Positions 6,935 to 17,214 are shown, counted from the stretch's first letter. The stretch: DNA of 30,953 nucleotides from Candidatus Thorarchaeota archaeon (GCA_016840855.1 JAEORO010000114.1:1-30953); one strand, 5' to 3'. A program made the numbers and translations. The notes: generated by a model not told the origin, from the sequence alone.

Positions 6935-8233
6935 TCATGCTCCTCCGCTAGACAGAATGATGGTGGCTTTCATAGCAGCTGCACTGCCTGCCGATACTGA
7001 GTCAGGAATGTCTTTTGGTCCGTCTGCGCACCCACAAACAAATACACCTGGTATCTTTGTGAGTATTGGACCGAAGAAGGTATGGTCAATCTCAACATAA
7101 CCATCATCTGTCTGGTTTATCCCTAATTTTTTAGCCATAGTGTCCATTCCGCTTGAAGGAATTACTCCTGGACTAATGACCACAAGGTCATGTTCGATGA
7201 GTCGAACTTTGGAAGTGACTGTGTCCTCCACCTTCACAACAAGATCATGCGAAGCTTTTCCTTCCATAACCTCAGCAACACGACCTCTCACAAAACGAAC
7301 GCCAAATCGGTTCTTGGCCATTTCATAAAACTCCTCGAAGCCTTTACCAAATGCTCGTATATCAGCATAGTAAACCCATACCTCTGCTTCAGGGTCATGT
7401 TCAAGAGCCATAACAGCGTTCTTAATTGAATACATGCAACAAACGCGACTACAGTAAGGAACACCCTTCTGAACATCTCTTGCTCCAACACATTGAATGA
7501 AACCTATAGATTTCGGTTTCTTCCCGTCACTCAGACGTATGAGATGTCCATGCGTTGGTCCAGCCGCATTGATTAATCGTTCAAATTCCATTGCGTGTAT
7601 AACATTAGGATATAGACCGTATCCAAGACGAGGATATTGAGTTATATCAAAGAGTTCGAACCCGGTGGCGATAATAATCGTGCCAACATTAAGGGTGATG
7701 AACCGGTCTTTCATATCCATACTGATTGCATTCCTCTCACAAACCTTGATACATCGTCCACAATCGATACAATTCTCTTTATCAACAGTATAGACATTGG
7801 GTGTAGCTTGAGGAAAGAGTACATAGATTGCCTTTCGAAAGCCCAAACCTTGGTCAAAATCATTTGCTACTTCAACAGAGCAGTTCGCAGCACAATCACC
7901 ACAACCAGAACACAGATCTTCTCGAACATAGCGAGCTTTTCGACGGATTTTGACCTTGAAGTCTCCAGCTGACCCAGTAACGCTTCCCACTTCAGAGTAA
8001 GTCATCAGCTGGATGTTGGGATGCCTAGCTACCTCGCTCAGTTTAGGTGTTAGAATACACGCACTACAATCTAATGTGGGAAATGTTTTATCAAGCATGG
8101 CCATACGGCCACCAATTGAGGGAGATCTCTCTACTAGATAGACCTTGTATCCCTGATTTGCTATATCCAATGCGGCTTGCATTCCTGCAACTCCGCCACC
8201 GACAACAAGTGCACTTGCTGTTTTCTTTGTCAT
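6935..8233 (-). CDS. hdrA: Short HdrA-family protein (FAD domain with inserted 2x[4Fe-4S] ferredoxin; no N- or C-terminal Fe-S domains)
   Basis: VVGGGVAGMQAALDIA, DKTFPTLDCSACIL, CSGCGDCAANC, CIDCGRCIKVC, EFERLINAAGPT, CSRVCCMY, GPKDIPDSV. Confidence 0.88.
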   Translation of the reverse strand: MTKKTASALVVGGGVAGMQAALDIANQGYKVYLVERSPSIGGRMAMLDKTFPTLDCSACILTPKLSEVARHPNIQLMTYSEVGSVTGSAGDFKVKIRRKARYVREDLCSGCGDCAANCSVEVANDFDQGLGFRKAIYVLFPQATPNVYTVDKENCIDCGRCIKVCERNAISMDMKDRFITLNVGTIIIATGFELFDITQYPRLGYGLYPNVIHAMEFERLINAAGPTHGHLIRLSDGKKPKSIGFIQCVGARDVQKGVPYCSRVCCMYSIKNAVMALEHDPEAEVWVYYADIRAFGKGFEEFYEMAKNRFGVRFVRGRVAEVMEGKASHDLVVKVEDTVTSKVRLIEHDLVVISPGVIPSSGMDTMAKKLGINQTDDGYVEIDHTFFGPILTKIPGVFVCGCADGPKDIPDSVSAGSAAAMKATIILSSGGA

Positions 8234-8244
8234 TCCATATTCTC

Positions 8245-9111
8245 CTAGTGTGCTTCAAGAATTGCTTGTGGGCTAATTTTGTTCAAATGAATACCAAGCG
8301 AATCGAAATCTATTCCAATTGCAGGACCTAAGAATTGTGGGAGCGTAACGCATGGTATCTTTGGTTTATCACTAGCCCCTTCTCCGAACTGAACTTGCGT
8401 CAATTGGATATCACAGAATACACAGGCTGTAACAATACCATCCGCACCCTCAGCTCGGATATTCTCAATCTTATCACGACCAATTGCATTTCCAACCTCT
8501 TCATCCATAGCGAGCAAAGGTCCACCGCAGCATCGAGTCTTTCCCGTGTAATCTACAGGTGTACCTCCAGCCGCCTCTATTATCCGGTCTATGATGGAGG
8601 GATTCTCAGCATCATCAACCTGAACAATCTCCTCTGGTCGGGTTACGTGACATCCATAGTGTGCTGCTAGTCGTACATCTTTATAGGGGTTAGTGATTGC
8701 AGCTTGGATGGCGTCAAACCCAATGTCCTCTCTGAATATTTGAAGTAGGTGCTTGACTTGCACTGTGCCTGTGTATTTCAAACCTTCTTCCTCTAATAGA
8801 TTATTTACCTCATTACGAAGCTCTTCATTATGATCGAGCTCATGTTTTACGTGTTTGAGTGACCCTGAACAAGCTCCGCATATAGCTAGTATATCTTGAT
8901 CCATACTTTCAGCGATTGCTAGGATTCTAGCAGACATGGCACAAAAAGCAACATGACTTAACGACTCAACATATTGAGCACCACAGCAGTTAGCATCCTT
9001 CATTGTTATTAGTCGTACACCAAGTTTCTCTAGTACGATTTCCACAGCTCTCTCGTATGCAGGTAATCGAACAGGAGTTGTGCATCCAGTGTATAGTATG
9101 AATTCCTTCAT
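8245..9111 (-). CDS. hdrB: Heterodisulfide reductase subunit B
   Basis: Two CCG domains: YTGC...NCCGA...CGAC and HYGCH...RCCGG...TACVFCDIQL. Confidence 0.92.
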   Translation of the reverse strand: MKEFILYTGCTTPVRLPAYERAVEIVLEKLGVRLITMKDANCCGAQYVESLSHVAFCAMSARILAIAESMDQDILAICGACSGSLKHVKHELDHNEELRNEVNNLLEEEGLKYTGTVQVKHLLQIFREDIGFDAIQAAITNPYKDVRLAAHYGCHVTRPEEIVQVDDAENPSIIDRIIEAAGGTPVDYTGKTRCCGGPLLAMDEEVGNAIGRDKIENIRAEGADGIVTACVFCDIQLTQVQFGEGASDKPKIPCVTLPQFLGPAIGIDFDSLGIHLNKISPQAILEAH

Positions 9112-9629
9112 GTAGGACTACCTCCTTCGAAGTATCGCTTCTTGATCTTCTTGACAAATTCATTATTCCATCCCAAATCTGGGTCAAGTCCTAGATCAGA
9201 CCTATCATCTTCCTCGAAGTCTGTGTAAGCGTCCTTGAGCATCCAACCATCTTCAAGGACCTTATCGATAGTATTCTGAAAGACTGGAGGAATGTAACCT
9301 TCACGAGCAGCTATCTCTCTTACAGCCGTGAATATCTCTGAAAGATCAACATCTTCTTGGCATCGCTCTTCACAGAGTCTACATGTCATGCATAGCCATG
9401 GTAGCTCACTCTTCAGTACTTCTTCCCGCTTCCCCAAGAGTATCTTCTGGATGAGCTTCCTTGGTCGATATCTCTCGGTCATACTGGCAACCATGCATGA
9501 AGCAGTACACATACCACATTGGATACACTGCATTATACCTGCTCCGCCAGGTTCCTGTTCAATCTCTTTTGCAAAGCTCGAGCTTGGCTCATGATTGACA
9601 GGTGGATCGATTCTTGATTGTTCAGTCAT
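9108..9629 (-). CDS. hdrC: Heterodisulfide reductase subunit C
   Basis: CIQCGMCTASC and WLCMTCRLCEERC 2x[4Fe-4S] motifs; ATGA overlap with hdrB. Confidence 0.9.
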   Translation of the reverse strand: MTEQSRIDPPVNHEPSSSFAKEIEQEPGGAGIMQCIQCGMCTASCMVASMTERYRPRKLIQKILLGKREEVLKSELPWLCMTCRLCEERCQEDVDLSEIFTAVREIAAREGYIPPVFQNTIDKVLEDGWMLKDAYTDFEEDDRSDLGLDPDLGWNNEFVKKIKKRYFEGGSPT

Positions 9630-9646
9630 TTTTCACCACTTCTAAT

Positions 9647-12394
9647 TTAATCTTCATCTACTTTCGAAAGAATGATTGTCGCTCTCATAGCAGCAGCACT
9701 TCCTGCTGAAACTGAGTCAGGAATATCCTTGGGACCGTCAGCACATCCGCAGACGAATACTCCATCAATGGAAGTATCAACAGGCCTAATGACCTGATCC
9801 TCTACAGTGACGTATCCTTCTTCAGATAGGTCCATGTTGAGTTCCACGGCAATGTCCTCGAGACCTTCAGGCGGTTGCACACCAGGACTAATCACAATCA
9901 TATCATGATTGACTTCGTACAAGTCTCCTTTCGTTGTATCCTCGAACCTAACCTTCAATGAGTCAGTTCCTTTGTCATAATTGACCTCTGCAACTCGACC
10001 ACGAACAAAATTAACTCCAAAGCGAGTCTTTGCCATCTCATAGAATTCTTCGAATCCTTTTCCGAAAGCACGGATGTCGGCATAATACACTGTAACATCT
10101 GTTTCCGGATTGTGTTCCTTTGCCATTACCGCATTTTTGATTCCATACATGCAACATACTCGGCTGCAGAATGGAACACCCTTTTGCACGTCGCGGGCAC
10201 CGACGCATTGAACGAATCCAATACTCTTAGGCATCTTCCCATCAGTCAGTCTCACAAGATGTCCATGAGTAGGTCCAGCGGCATTAATGAGCCGTTCATA
10301 TTCGAGAGCGTGAATCACATTTGGTAGCTTGCCATATCCGAACTGTGGGTATTCAGAAACATCAAACAAGCGATAACCAGTCGCCAATATTATTGCACCC
10401 ACATGAAGGTCTATGACCTCATCGTTCATCGAGTGGTCGATCGCTTCGCGAGTGCATGCATCAACACACCGTTCGCATTCACAGCAAACTGCACATCCTA
10501 AACACCGCTCAGCCTCTGCTGCAGCCACTGCTTCATTGAATCCAAGCTCGACCTCAGTAAAGCCGCGTTTCCTGCTATTTATTCCCTGTTTTGGCATCGA
10601 GGCGCGTGTTTCAAATGGTATTCCACTCTTATCAACCTCAAATGATTGCACACGATGTCTTTCTTTTATTCGCCCTTCTTTGAGGTCAACACCTCGTATG
10701 TATCTATCAATGGAGATTGCTGCATCTTTTCCATGACCAACAGCTTTGACAACCGTAAGTGGACCAGTGACAACATCACCGCCAGCAAAGACTCCAGGTA
10801 TGTTGGTTTCCAGAGTTATGGGATCAGCTTTCACTGTAGCCCATTCTGAACAGTCAATGTCTGTCTGAACACCTCTAGGATCAGTAGACTGTCCAATAGC
10901 TACAATCATCTCATCAATTGCCATTGTGAACTCAGAGTTGGGAATTGGGACAGGTCTTCGTCTACCAGAATGATCAGGTTCACCGAGCCTCATTTTCATG
11001 CATCTAATACCAGTGATTTTCCCTTTGGAGGAGAGAATCTCTACTGGAGTGGTAAGAAGCATGAATTTGATTCCTTCTTCTTTTGCGTCTTCAACCTCAC
11101 CTGGAATAGCAGGAATCTCAACATGAGATCTTCTGTAAATAAGCGTGACTTCCTTTGCCCCAAGTCTAATCGCAGTTCGGGCAGAGTCTATGGCTGCATC
11201 TCCACCACCTATGACAGCAACTTTCTCACCAACTTTTACTCTCTCACCAGAATTCACTTTCTCAAGGAACTCAATAGCATGTACTACGCCTTCGTTCTCT
11301 TCTCCTGCAATACTAAGTCTGTTGCTTTGCCACGCACCAGTGGCAACGAATACAGCTTTGAAGCCTTTCTCTAATAGGTCATGGATTGATTTCACTATTG
11401 TTTTTGTTTTGATTTTAACGCCCATGTCAATAACGCGTTGAATCTCCTCATCTAGGATTTCCCTTGGCAGACGATATTCAGGAATAGCATATCTGAGCAT
11501 TCCGCCAGGTTTCTCACGGGCTTCAAATATGGTCACAGGATAGCCCATGCGAGCGAGATGATAAGCGCAACTTATACCTCCAGGACCACCGCCAACGACT
11601 GCTACTCGTTCTTTTTTATCAATCTTGGCTTCCACTGGAGCTGTACCGTGCGTTCGTTCATAATCTGCGAGAAATCTGTGAAGGTTACGGATACTAACGC
11701 TTTCATCATGCATCCCTCTTTCACACTCAGCTTCACAAAAACTGATACATACTCGACCAAGAACTCCAGGGAATGGAATGGACCTTCTAACAATCTCAAG
11801 AGCTTCATCCATCTTTCCATGACGCATCATTGTGACAAAACCCTGAGCATTAACTTCAGCAGGGCATGTTGCACGGCAGGCAGGCTCACCTTTCTTGTTG
11901 ACCGTTACAACGTTTGGTGTAGCTTGTGGGAATGGAGTATAGATTGCCTTTCTAAATCCCAGACCCTGATCAAACTCATTTGGTACTTCTACAGGACAAA
12001 CTGATACACAGTCTCCACAGCCTGAACACTTGTCTTCGTCCACATAGCGCGCGTGTTTGTGGACCCGAACTCTAAAGTCACCAGTTTCTCCATGGACAGA
12101 CTTGATATCCGCATAAGTGATAAGATCGATGTTCGGATGTCTCGAAACCTCGCTGAGTTTGGGTGTGAGAATACAAGCACTGCAGTCCAATGTCGGGAAT
12201 GTTTTATCTATCATTGCCATCCGACCACCAATTGAAGGTGATTTTTCAACTAACGTAACTTTGAATCCCTGATTGGCAATGTCTAGAGCAGCTTGCATTC
12301 CAGCTACTCCGCCACCTACGACGAGGGCTTCATTTGATTTTATACTGTCTTTGGTACTGATTGAACCTGATTTCGGCTGTCGTTCAATAGTCAT
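9647..12394 (-). CDS. hdrA: HdrL-type HdrA with an inserted GltD/NfnB-like NAD(P)H-binding flavoprotein module
   Basis: HdrA N- and C-terminal parts closely match 6935-8233; insert has PACRATCP, PFPGVLGRVC...CE.EC.R, VAVVGGGPGG, GGMLRYAIPEYRLP, VAVIGGGDAAIDSARTA, YRR, GVFAGGD; SD GGGAGGA upstream. Confidence 0.85.
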   Translation of the reverse strand: MTIERQPKSGSISTKDSIKSNEALVVGGGVAGMQAALDIANQGFKVTLVEKSPSIGGRMAMIDKTFPTLDCSACILTPKLSEVSRHPNIDLITYADIKSVHGETGDFRVRVHKHARYVDEDKCSGCGDCVSVCPVEVPNEFDQGLGFRKAIYTPFPQATPNVVTVNKKGEPACRATCPAEVNAQGFVTMMRHGKMDEALEIVRRSIPFPGVLGRVCISFCEAECERGMHDESVSIRNLHRFLADYERTHGTAPVEAKIDKKERVAVVGGGPGGISCAYHLARMGYPVTIFEAREKPGGMLRYAIPEYRLPREILDEEIQRVIDMGVKIKTKTIVKSIHDLLEKGFKAVFVATGAWQSNRLSIAGEENEGVVHAIEFLEKVNSGERVKVGEKVAVIGGGDAAIDSARTAIRLGAKEVTLIYRRSHVEIPAIPGEVEDAKEEGIKFMLLTTPVEILSSKGKITGIRCMKMRLGEPDHSGRRRPVPIPNSEFTMAIDEMIVAIGQSTDPRGVQTDIDCSEWATVKADPITLETNIPGVFAGGDVVTGPLTVVKAVGHGKDAAISIDRYIRGVDLKEGRIKERHRVQSFEVDKSGIPFETRASMPKQGINSRKRGFTEVELGFNEAVAAAEAERCLGCAVCCECERCVDACTREAIDHSMNDEVIDLHVGAIILATGYRLFDVSEYPQFGYGKLPNVIHALEYERLINAAGPTHGHLVRLTDGKMPKSIGFVQCVGARDVQKGVPFCSRVCCMYGIKNAVMAKEHNPETDVTVYYADIRAFGKGFEEFYEMAKTRFGVNFVRGRVAEVNYDKGTDSLKVRFEDTTKGDLYEVNHDMIVISPGVQPPEGLEDIAVELNMDLSEEGYVTVEDQVIRPVDTSIDGVFVCGCADGPKDIPDSVSAGSAAAMRATIILSKVDED

Positions 12395-12749
12395 CTAAAA
12401 TCCTCCCATACGAGTCCGCGATCCTCGTGAAAGTAGGTCTAGCGTTTACCATGCATATAGTAATCTCTTTCATTTTTTCACATCTCCACGCTTGCTGCGA
12501 TGAATTCATTGTAGATTCAAGTGATTTCAATGCAAAATCGCCGTGACCTTTGTAATTAAGACTGCATAACAAGTGACTATATGCTTGCCGAGTATGACAA
12601 CGAAAAATGTCAAACTATCAGGTTTCTGTTTCTTTCACGTTGTTAAAAGAAATGAATGAAAACAGCCATTTTCTTAATAATCATGTAATGACGCCTTTTT
12701 GGAAGTGAAAACGTCAGTTACAGTTTGAAATTAAATGCCTTAATTTATT

Positions 12750-14639
12750 TCAAACAAATGTTGAAGGAGTTATATATTTTCCAAGTTTTTTCTGTGCAGC
12801 AAGCAATCGATTACGCTGCTCATCAAGGACTTCAAAGAGTAGCTTTGGAGCGTCTGCAACAGTATCTCTATAGATATTCTCAATGCGATTAACCTTGTCC
12901 AGCAGTTCAGGAACACGAATTGCAAATTGTAATTCGTAATCATCGCGAGAATAATCTTTTGCCAGGTGATGCCGGAATAACTCTTTCAAATCGCTATACG
13001 TGGGGATATAGCCAGTGGGAGTCTTAATGACATCAACTTCATTATGAATACATAACGCCATCCATTTCAACCACACAGTCTTATCGAGTCTGTCTGAGAT
13101 GAAATTACCTTTTTTGTCTTTTAGAAAATAATTGACCGAAAATATCTCCGGCACCTGCTTAGTAGTCTTTACAAAATCAAGATGATTCTGAATGTATTTA
13201 CCAAGAGGAATAGAGATGAAGTCAAGATTGGAGAAAGGTTGGAAAGCTCGAACTCCACTTGGTCCCAAGGTAGCAGCAGTTGTTTCAGATTCTAGACTTG
13301 CGCCCATAGTTATGACACCATGATTCCAGTCAAAGGATTGTTGCACAGGCACCGAGGTGTCCTGATCACGACCGCCATATATGATTCCGCCAACAACTAC
13401 TCCGCGGGGGTCATCCAGAGCGTCGTCAAGATTTGCAAGTCCATCCAAACCAATTGTGTAGCGAGCATTTTTGTGGGCAAAAGGAATCTCCGAACCATCG
13501 CGATCAACTTTACCAAGAAACCATTCGCCCGAGTGGTTGATTCCAACTGAAGGAGGGTCTAATCCATCTTCTAGCCATCGAGGATTTTCATCCTCAGTGA
13601 TTAAAACATTCGAAAAGATTGCGGGTTGATTTGAGTGAAGAATATCCCAAATTACTGGATCATCTTTCTGTGTTACTGAGCGAATAATGCCGAAGATGCC
13701 TCGTTCTACGTTGACCGCCCTCACCTTTCCATCAATCACTCGAAGATATGCAAGGTCATCACCAACAATAGTATTTCCACGAACCATTGATGTACTAGTC
13801 TTTCCGCATCCAGATGGAAAAGCTCCTGCAAAGTATGTCTTTCTACCAGTTGGACCATGTATGGCCATCAGGAACATATGTTCAGCAAGCCAGCTCTCAC
13901 GATTGGCTTTTCGAATTGCTAGCCTAAGAGCTAGTTTCTTCAAACCAATTGTGTTACCTGCATACTGTGTGTTCATACTATACACTGTGTTCTCCTTGAG
14001 GTCAATCATGACTCCCCGTTTTTTCCAATCTGTACTCACTGAGTGAATCAGTTTTCCAGAAGAATGAAGCATCCAGAAAATCTCTTTGTCAGCAGGAATT
14101 CGTCTGAAATACTCATACCCATGTCTATAGAGTAGGTCTTCACTATGAGCAACATAGAATGAATCAGTAATCTGAACAACAGGGATTGAGAAAATAGAGT
14201 CTAATGGTCCCAGACAGAAGAATCGTATGACCATTTTCTTGTTATCCATGCTATTGTTCAACCGCTCTTGGATAATCTTGAGACCATCATCTCGATCCAT
14301 TTGTGCAAGGTGTTTTCCAAGACTCTCATCTTTGGGAACCAGATATACAGTACGTTCTTTATCTCGCGCTTGATCATGAATTCCATCAAAGTGTACAGTG
14401 TGATATGGGTTAGAAAGTGGAGTTTCTTCTCCTCGTGCAATTGCTGTTCGTCGAATATATTCAGTGTCCATCTTTGAGTCATTACATACAAAGACCTTCA
14501 TAGGTTTACAAAGCTGAATCGCATCAGCTACAAACTTATGCACTCTCTCATTAGGTATAGCTAGTAATTTTCTATAGTTGGTTTCAGTCAGTGCTTGTTT
14601 GAGAATTTGCATAGATTGATTCAAAGTGTTAGACCTCAA
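12750..14639 (-). CDS. pckG: Phosphoenolpyruvate carboxykinase (GTP), archaeal type
   Basis: DQAR, QITDS.YVAHS, NTQYAGNTIGLKKLALR, WLAEHM, AFPSGCGKTS, VGDDLA, AVNVERGIFG, HKNARYT, IIYGGRD. Exact start codon uncertain. Confidence 0.93.
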   Translation of the reverse strand: MRSNTLNQSMQILKQALTETNYRKLLAIPNERVHKFVADAIQLCKPMKVFVCNDSKMDTEYIRRTAIARGEETPLSNPYHTVHFDGIHDQARDKERTVYLVPKDESLGKHLAQMDRDDGLKIIQERLNNSMDNKKMVIRFFCLGPLDSIFSIPVVQITDSFYVAHSEDLLYRHGYEYFRRIPADKEIFWMLHSSGKLIHSVSTDWKKRGVMIDLKENTVYSMNTQYAGNTIGLKKLALRLAIRKANRESWLAEHMFLMAIHGPTGRKTYFAGAFPSGCGKTSTSMVRGNTIVGDDLAYLRVIDGKVRAVNVERGIFGIIRSVTQKDDPVIWDILHSNQPAIFSNVLITEDENPRWLEDGLDPPSVGINHSGEWFLGKVDRDGSEIPFAHKNARYTIGLDGLANLDDALDDPRGVVVGGIIYGGRDQDTSVPVQQSFDWNHGVITMGASLESETTAATLGPSGVRAFQPFSNLDFISIPLGKYIQNHLDFVKTTKQVPEIFSVNYFLKDKKGNFISDRLDKTVWLKWMALCIHNEVDVIKTPTGYIPTYSDLKELFRHHLAKDYSRDDYELQFAIRVPELLDKVNRIENIYRDTVADAPKLLFEVLDEQRNRLLAAQKKLGKYITPSTFV

Positions 14640-14760
14640 ATGTCAGGACATACCTCATTTCCCTGTCATGAATTTAATATTAAACCGTTGCCTGATGCAA
14701 CATATGAATAGTTCGCTGTTTTAGCAAAGTTTGACATATGGCATATCTCAAAAATATGGT

Positions 14761-16953
14761 CTATCTTCTCTTAATGAACAGAATTACTATTACCACTGCT
14801 ATACCAGTCCCAATCCCAAGCAAACTTAATGTAAGCATGTCAGGTCCATTCATCGCAGTATCTGTTGGAGTTGAAGATGAAGGACTAGTAGTGGTCGATG
14901 GAGCGCTAGACGTTTCTGTTCCTGTTACAGTTGTAGTAGGTTCTGTGGTCGGAAACAAATCGACTGTGACATGGATGTCATCTGAAACACTGTTTCCTGC
15001 AACATCAGTAAGAATGATGGTGAAGACATATTCTCCTGCCAATAGATTATCAAGAGAATATTGAATGCTCGTCATATCCGGAGTCCAATCACCTAATTGA
15101 ATTGAAGCCCCATTTTTGAGAATTTCATAGATAGATGGATTACAATCATACACAATCCAAGTAATCGAATATCCAAACTCACCTTCAATCATTACAATAT
15201 CTGATGGAGAGTCTACTGAAGGCGAAATACTGTCAGTTACAGTTATTTGAACTACATGAGAAACATAATTCTCTGAAGGATCATAAGCTCGAACTTCGAC
15301 ATGGATGATACCATACTCCAGTACGCTTTTATTTTGTAGAAGTCCTTCATCAATATTAAACAAAGAGCTGTTTACCCACCATCTGGAAACCCCATAGTAA
15401 TCTATTGCTTCTAGTTGATAGACAAATGGATTTCCACACTCGACGATTTGATCTTCAGGAATTCGAAGCCATTCAGGAGGGGTTGTGTCCATAGTGGAAA
15501 CAATCACAGTATCAGATGCAGTTCTGCCGCTTGTCGTTGTCACAGTAACAACAAAAAGATAGGTTCCAGGATCAAGATTCAGAAAAATTGCTGACAGGTC
15601 ATCGCCATTCCAAATGGCTTCTTCAATAGTGACTCCGTTCATTTTTATTGAGTAATAGCTTGGTTTGAATGCGGATGCGGACCAGTTTATGAAACCAGAT
15701 GCTGGCGCTTCGAGATTCATGTTAGAAGGTGAATTCAGGTACACGATGTAAAAGGGGTCATTATCGATGCTGCCTCGGTCGCCTGAGATGATATACTTAC
15801 CAGTACCTCTATAATCGGACCACGCATTTGTATCCCAGTTATTAACTAGACCTGCTGCTGCCGCCCCTATATAATCAGCAGCGTTTATCCCTAGATTATA
15901 TCCAATCTCATTCTCATGAATTACAGCACCGGACACACCTAAGAGGTACAGTCCAGTCCCCTTATTTTCAAAAATTGTACTTGAAAAGATATTGATATTA
16001 CGACTATTTTTAATGTTCACTCCAAAGTCGTTATTTGACTTGACTAGATTGTTTAGAATAGTTGCCTTGTCAACCTCTAAAAACGATAATCCGTACCTAT
16101 TTTTCGATAATTCTGATGACGAGATATTGCATTCTTGAGAATATGCATAGTATATCCCATATTGAGAAGATTGGATTACATTATTGAAAGTCAGACTTCG
16201 CACTGTATTGTGAAAATAGACTCCGAAGAATGAACCAACAACATGATTTGAAAGGGAACGAATTCCATTGGAACTCTCAATAAGAATCCCATAGTTGCAT
16301 TGATCTAAATCATTCCCAAGTAGATCTGAGAAGTCAATCTTATTGAGATATACTCCATACCCAGAGTTTGCTAGATTATTACCTTGGACAGTCAACCAGA
16401 GTGACTGTGTCAAATAGAAGCCCTTCCCGAGACTGGATAGTGAATTATTAATAAAATCACAATCTTCTGATTTTAGAACAGAAACACCAATAGCAAGTGT
16501 ATCGAAACTACAGTTAACCACAGCTCCATTATCTACTTTCTCTAAATAGACTCCAGTTCCAGTCTTCGAATCATATGAGAATAATTCACAGTTTTGAATG
16601 ACAAAGAAGACTGATGTTGAAACAATGCTGATGCCAATCCCATCAAATTTGACATATATTGATAGATTTTCTATTAGGTATGGGTTGGTTTCAGTCCCAT
16701 TTCCTTCAAAACCTAATTTCTCAAATGCATCATTTTTCGTTATCGATATTGGATCATCTGTCATTGAAGAAACAGAAAACCTAGGCTGGTTTGCTGTAAT
16801 AATATCACTTGATATTGGATTAGGATGAGCAATGGGCATGAGAGAAAAAAGGAAGAGAAAACTGAGTCCGAATATAATGAGAAATACCTCTGCACACGGA
16901 CCTCTCTTATGCAAACATCCGCCTCCAAATAACGGGGAAGCGCGGCCACTCAT
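14761..16953 (-). CDS. Cell-surface protein with right-handed beta-helix (NosD/CASH-like) repeats, Ig-like domains, Ser/Thr linker and C-terminal TM anchor
   Basis: GNGTETNPYLIEN motif, many N....YGI.L/F repeats, DTTPPEW / DSISPSV Ig junctions, T/S-rich linker, TM helix then KRR. True start may lie downstream of 16953. Confidence 0.8.
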   Translation of the reverse strand: MSGRASPLFGGGCLHKRGPCAEVFLIIFGLSFLFLFSLMPIAHPNPISSDIITANQPRFSVSSMTDDPISITKNDAFEKLGFEGNGTETNPYLIENLSIYVKFDGIGISIVSTSVFFVIQNCELFSYDSKTGTGVYLEKVDNGAVVNCSFDTLAIGVSVLKSEDCDFINNSLSSLGKGFYLTQSLWLTVQGNNLANSGYGVYLNKIDFSDLLGNDLDQCNYGILIESSNGIRSLSNHVVGSFFGVYFHNTVRSLTFNNVIQSSQYGIYYAYSQECNISSSELSKNRYGLSFLEVDKATILNNLVKSNNDFGVNIKNSRNINIFSSTIFENKGTGLYLLGVSGAVIHENEIGYNLGINAADYIGAAAAGLVNNWDTNAWSDYRGTGKYIISGDRGSIDNDPFYIVYLNSPSNMNLEAPASGFINWSASAFKPSYYSIKMNGVTIEEAIWNGDDLSAIFLNLDPGTYLFVVTVTTTSGRTASDTVIVSTMDTTPPEWLRIPEDQIVECGNPFVYQLEAIDYYGVSRWWVNSSLFNIDEGLLQNKSVLEYGIIHVEVRAYDPSENYVSHVVQITVTDSISPSVDSPSDIVMIEGEFGYSITWIVYDCNPSIYEILKNGASIQLGDWTPDMTSIQYSLDNLLAGEYVFTIILTDVAGNSVSDDIHVTVDLFPTTEPTTTVTGTETSSAPSTTTSPSSSTPTDTAMNGPDMLTLSLLGIGTGIAVVIVILFIKRR

Positions 16954-17214
16954 GAATGCGTGTCTGTATCTATCAAAAAAACTAGGAATTTATTCTCTTA
17001 AGATTCATAGTAAAATTCATCTCGCGTTTTTTTGTCCAAAAATCGTAAGTTTTCAGCCAAGAATCGCTAATCCTAAACATATTTCGAAGAGGGAAGCATC
17101 AACAACTCCAAAATGCATGGTTGTTCATATCGCTGACGACAAGACTCAAATGCCAGAAAGCAGCGAACACGTCCAGAAGCCTGAGGCAAGGCACTAAATA
17201 TTATTGGTGATTCT

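Noticed and set aside
6928-6937. UGA readthrough fusing the two hdrA genes
   Set aside because: The UGA is followed immediately by UAA, and the next gene is in a different frame.
12384-12572. 62-aa ORF upstream of the hdr operon
   Set aside because: Non-ATG start, no recognisable motif or SD; probably promoter/UTR sequence.
16832-17197. 121-aa plus-strand ORF upstream of aor
   Set aside because: Overlaps the divergent surface-protein gene antisense and spans the likely promoter region; no motif.
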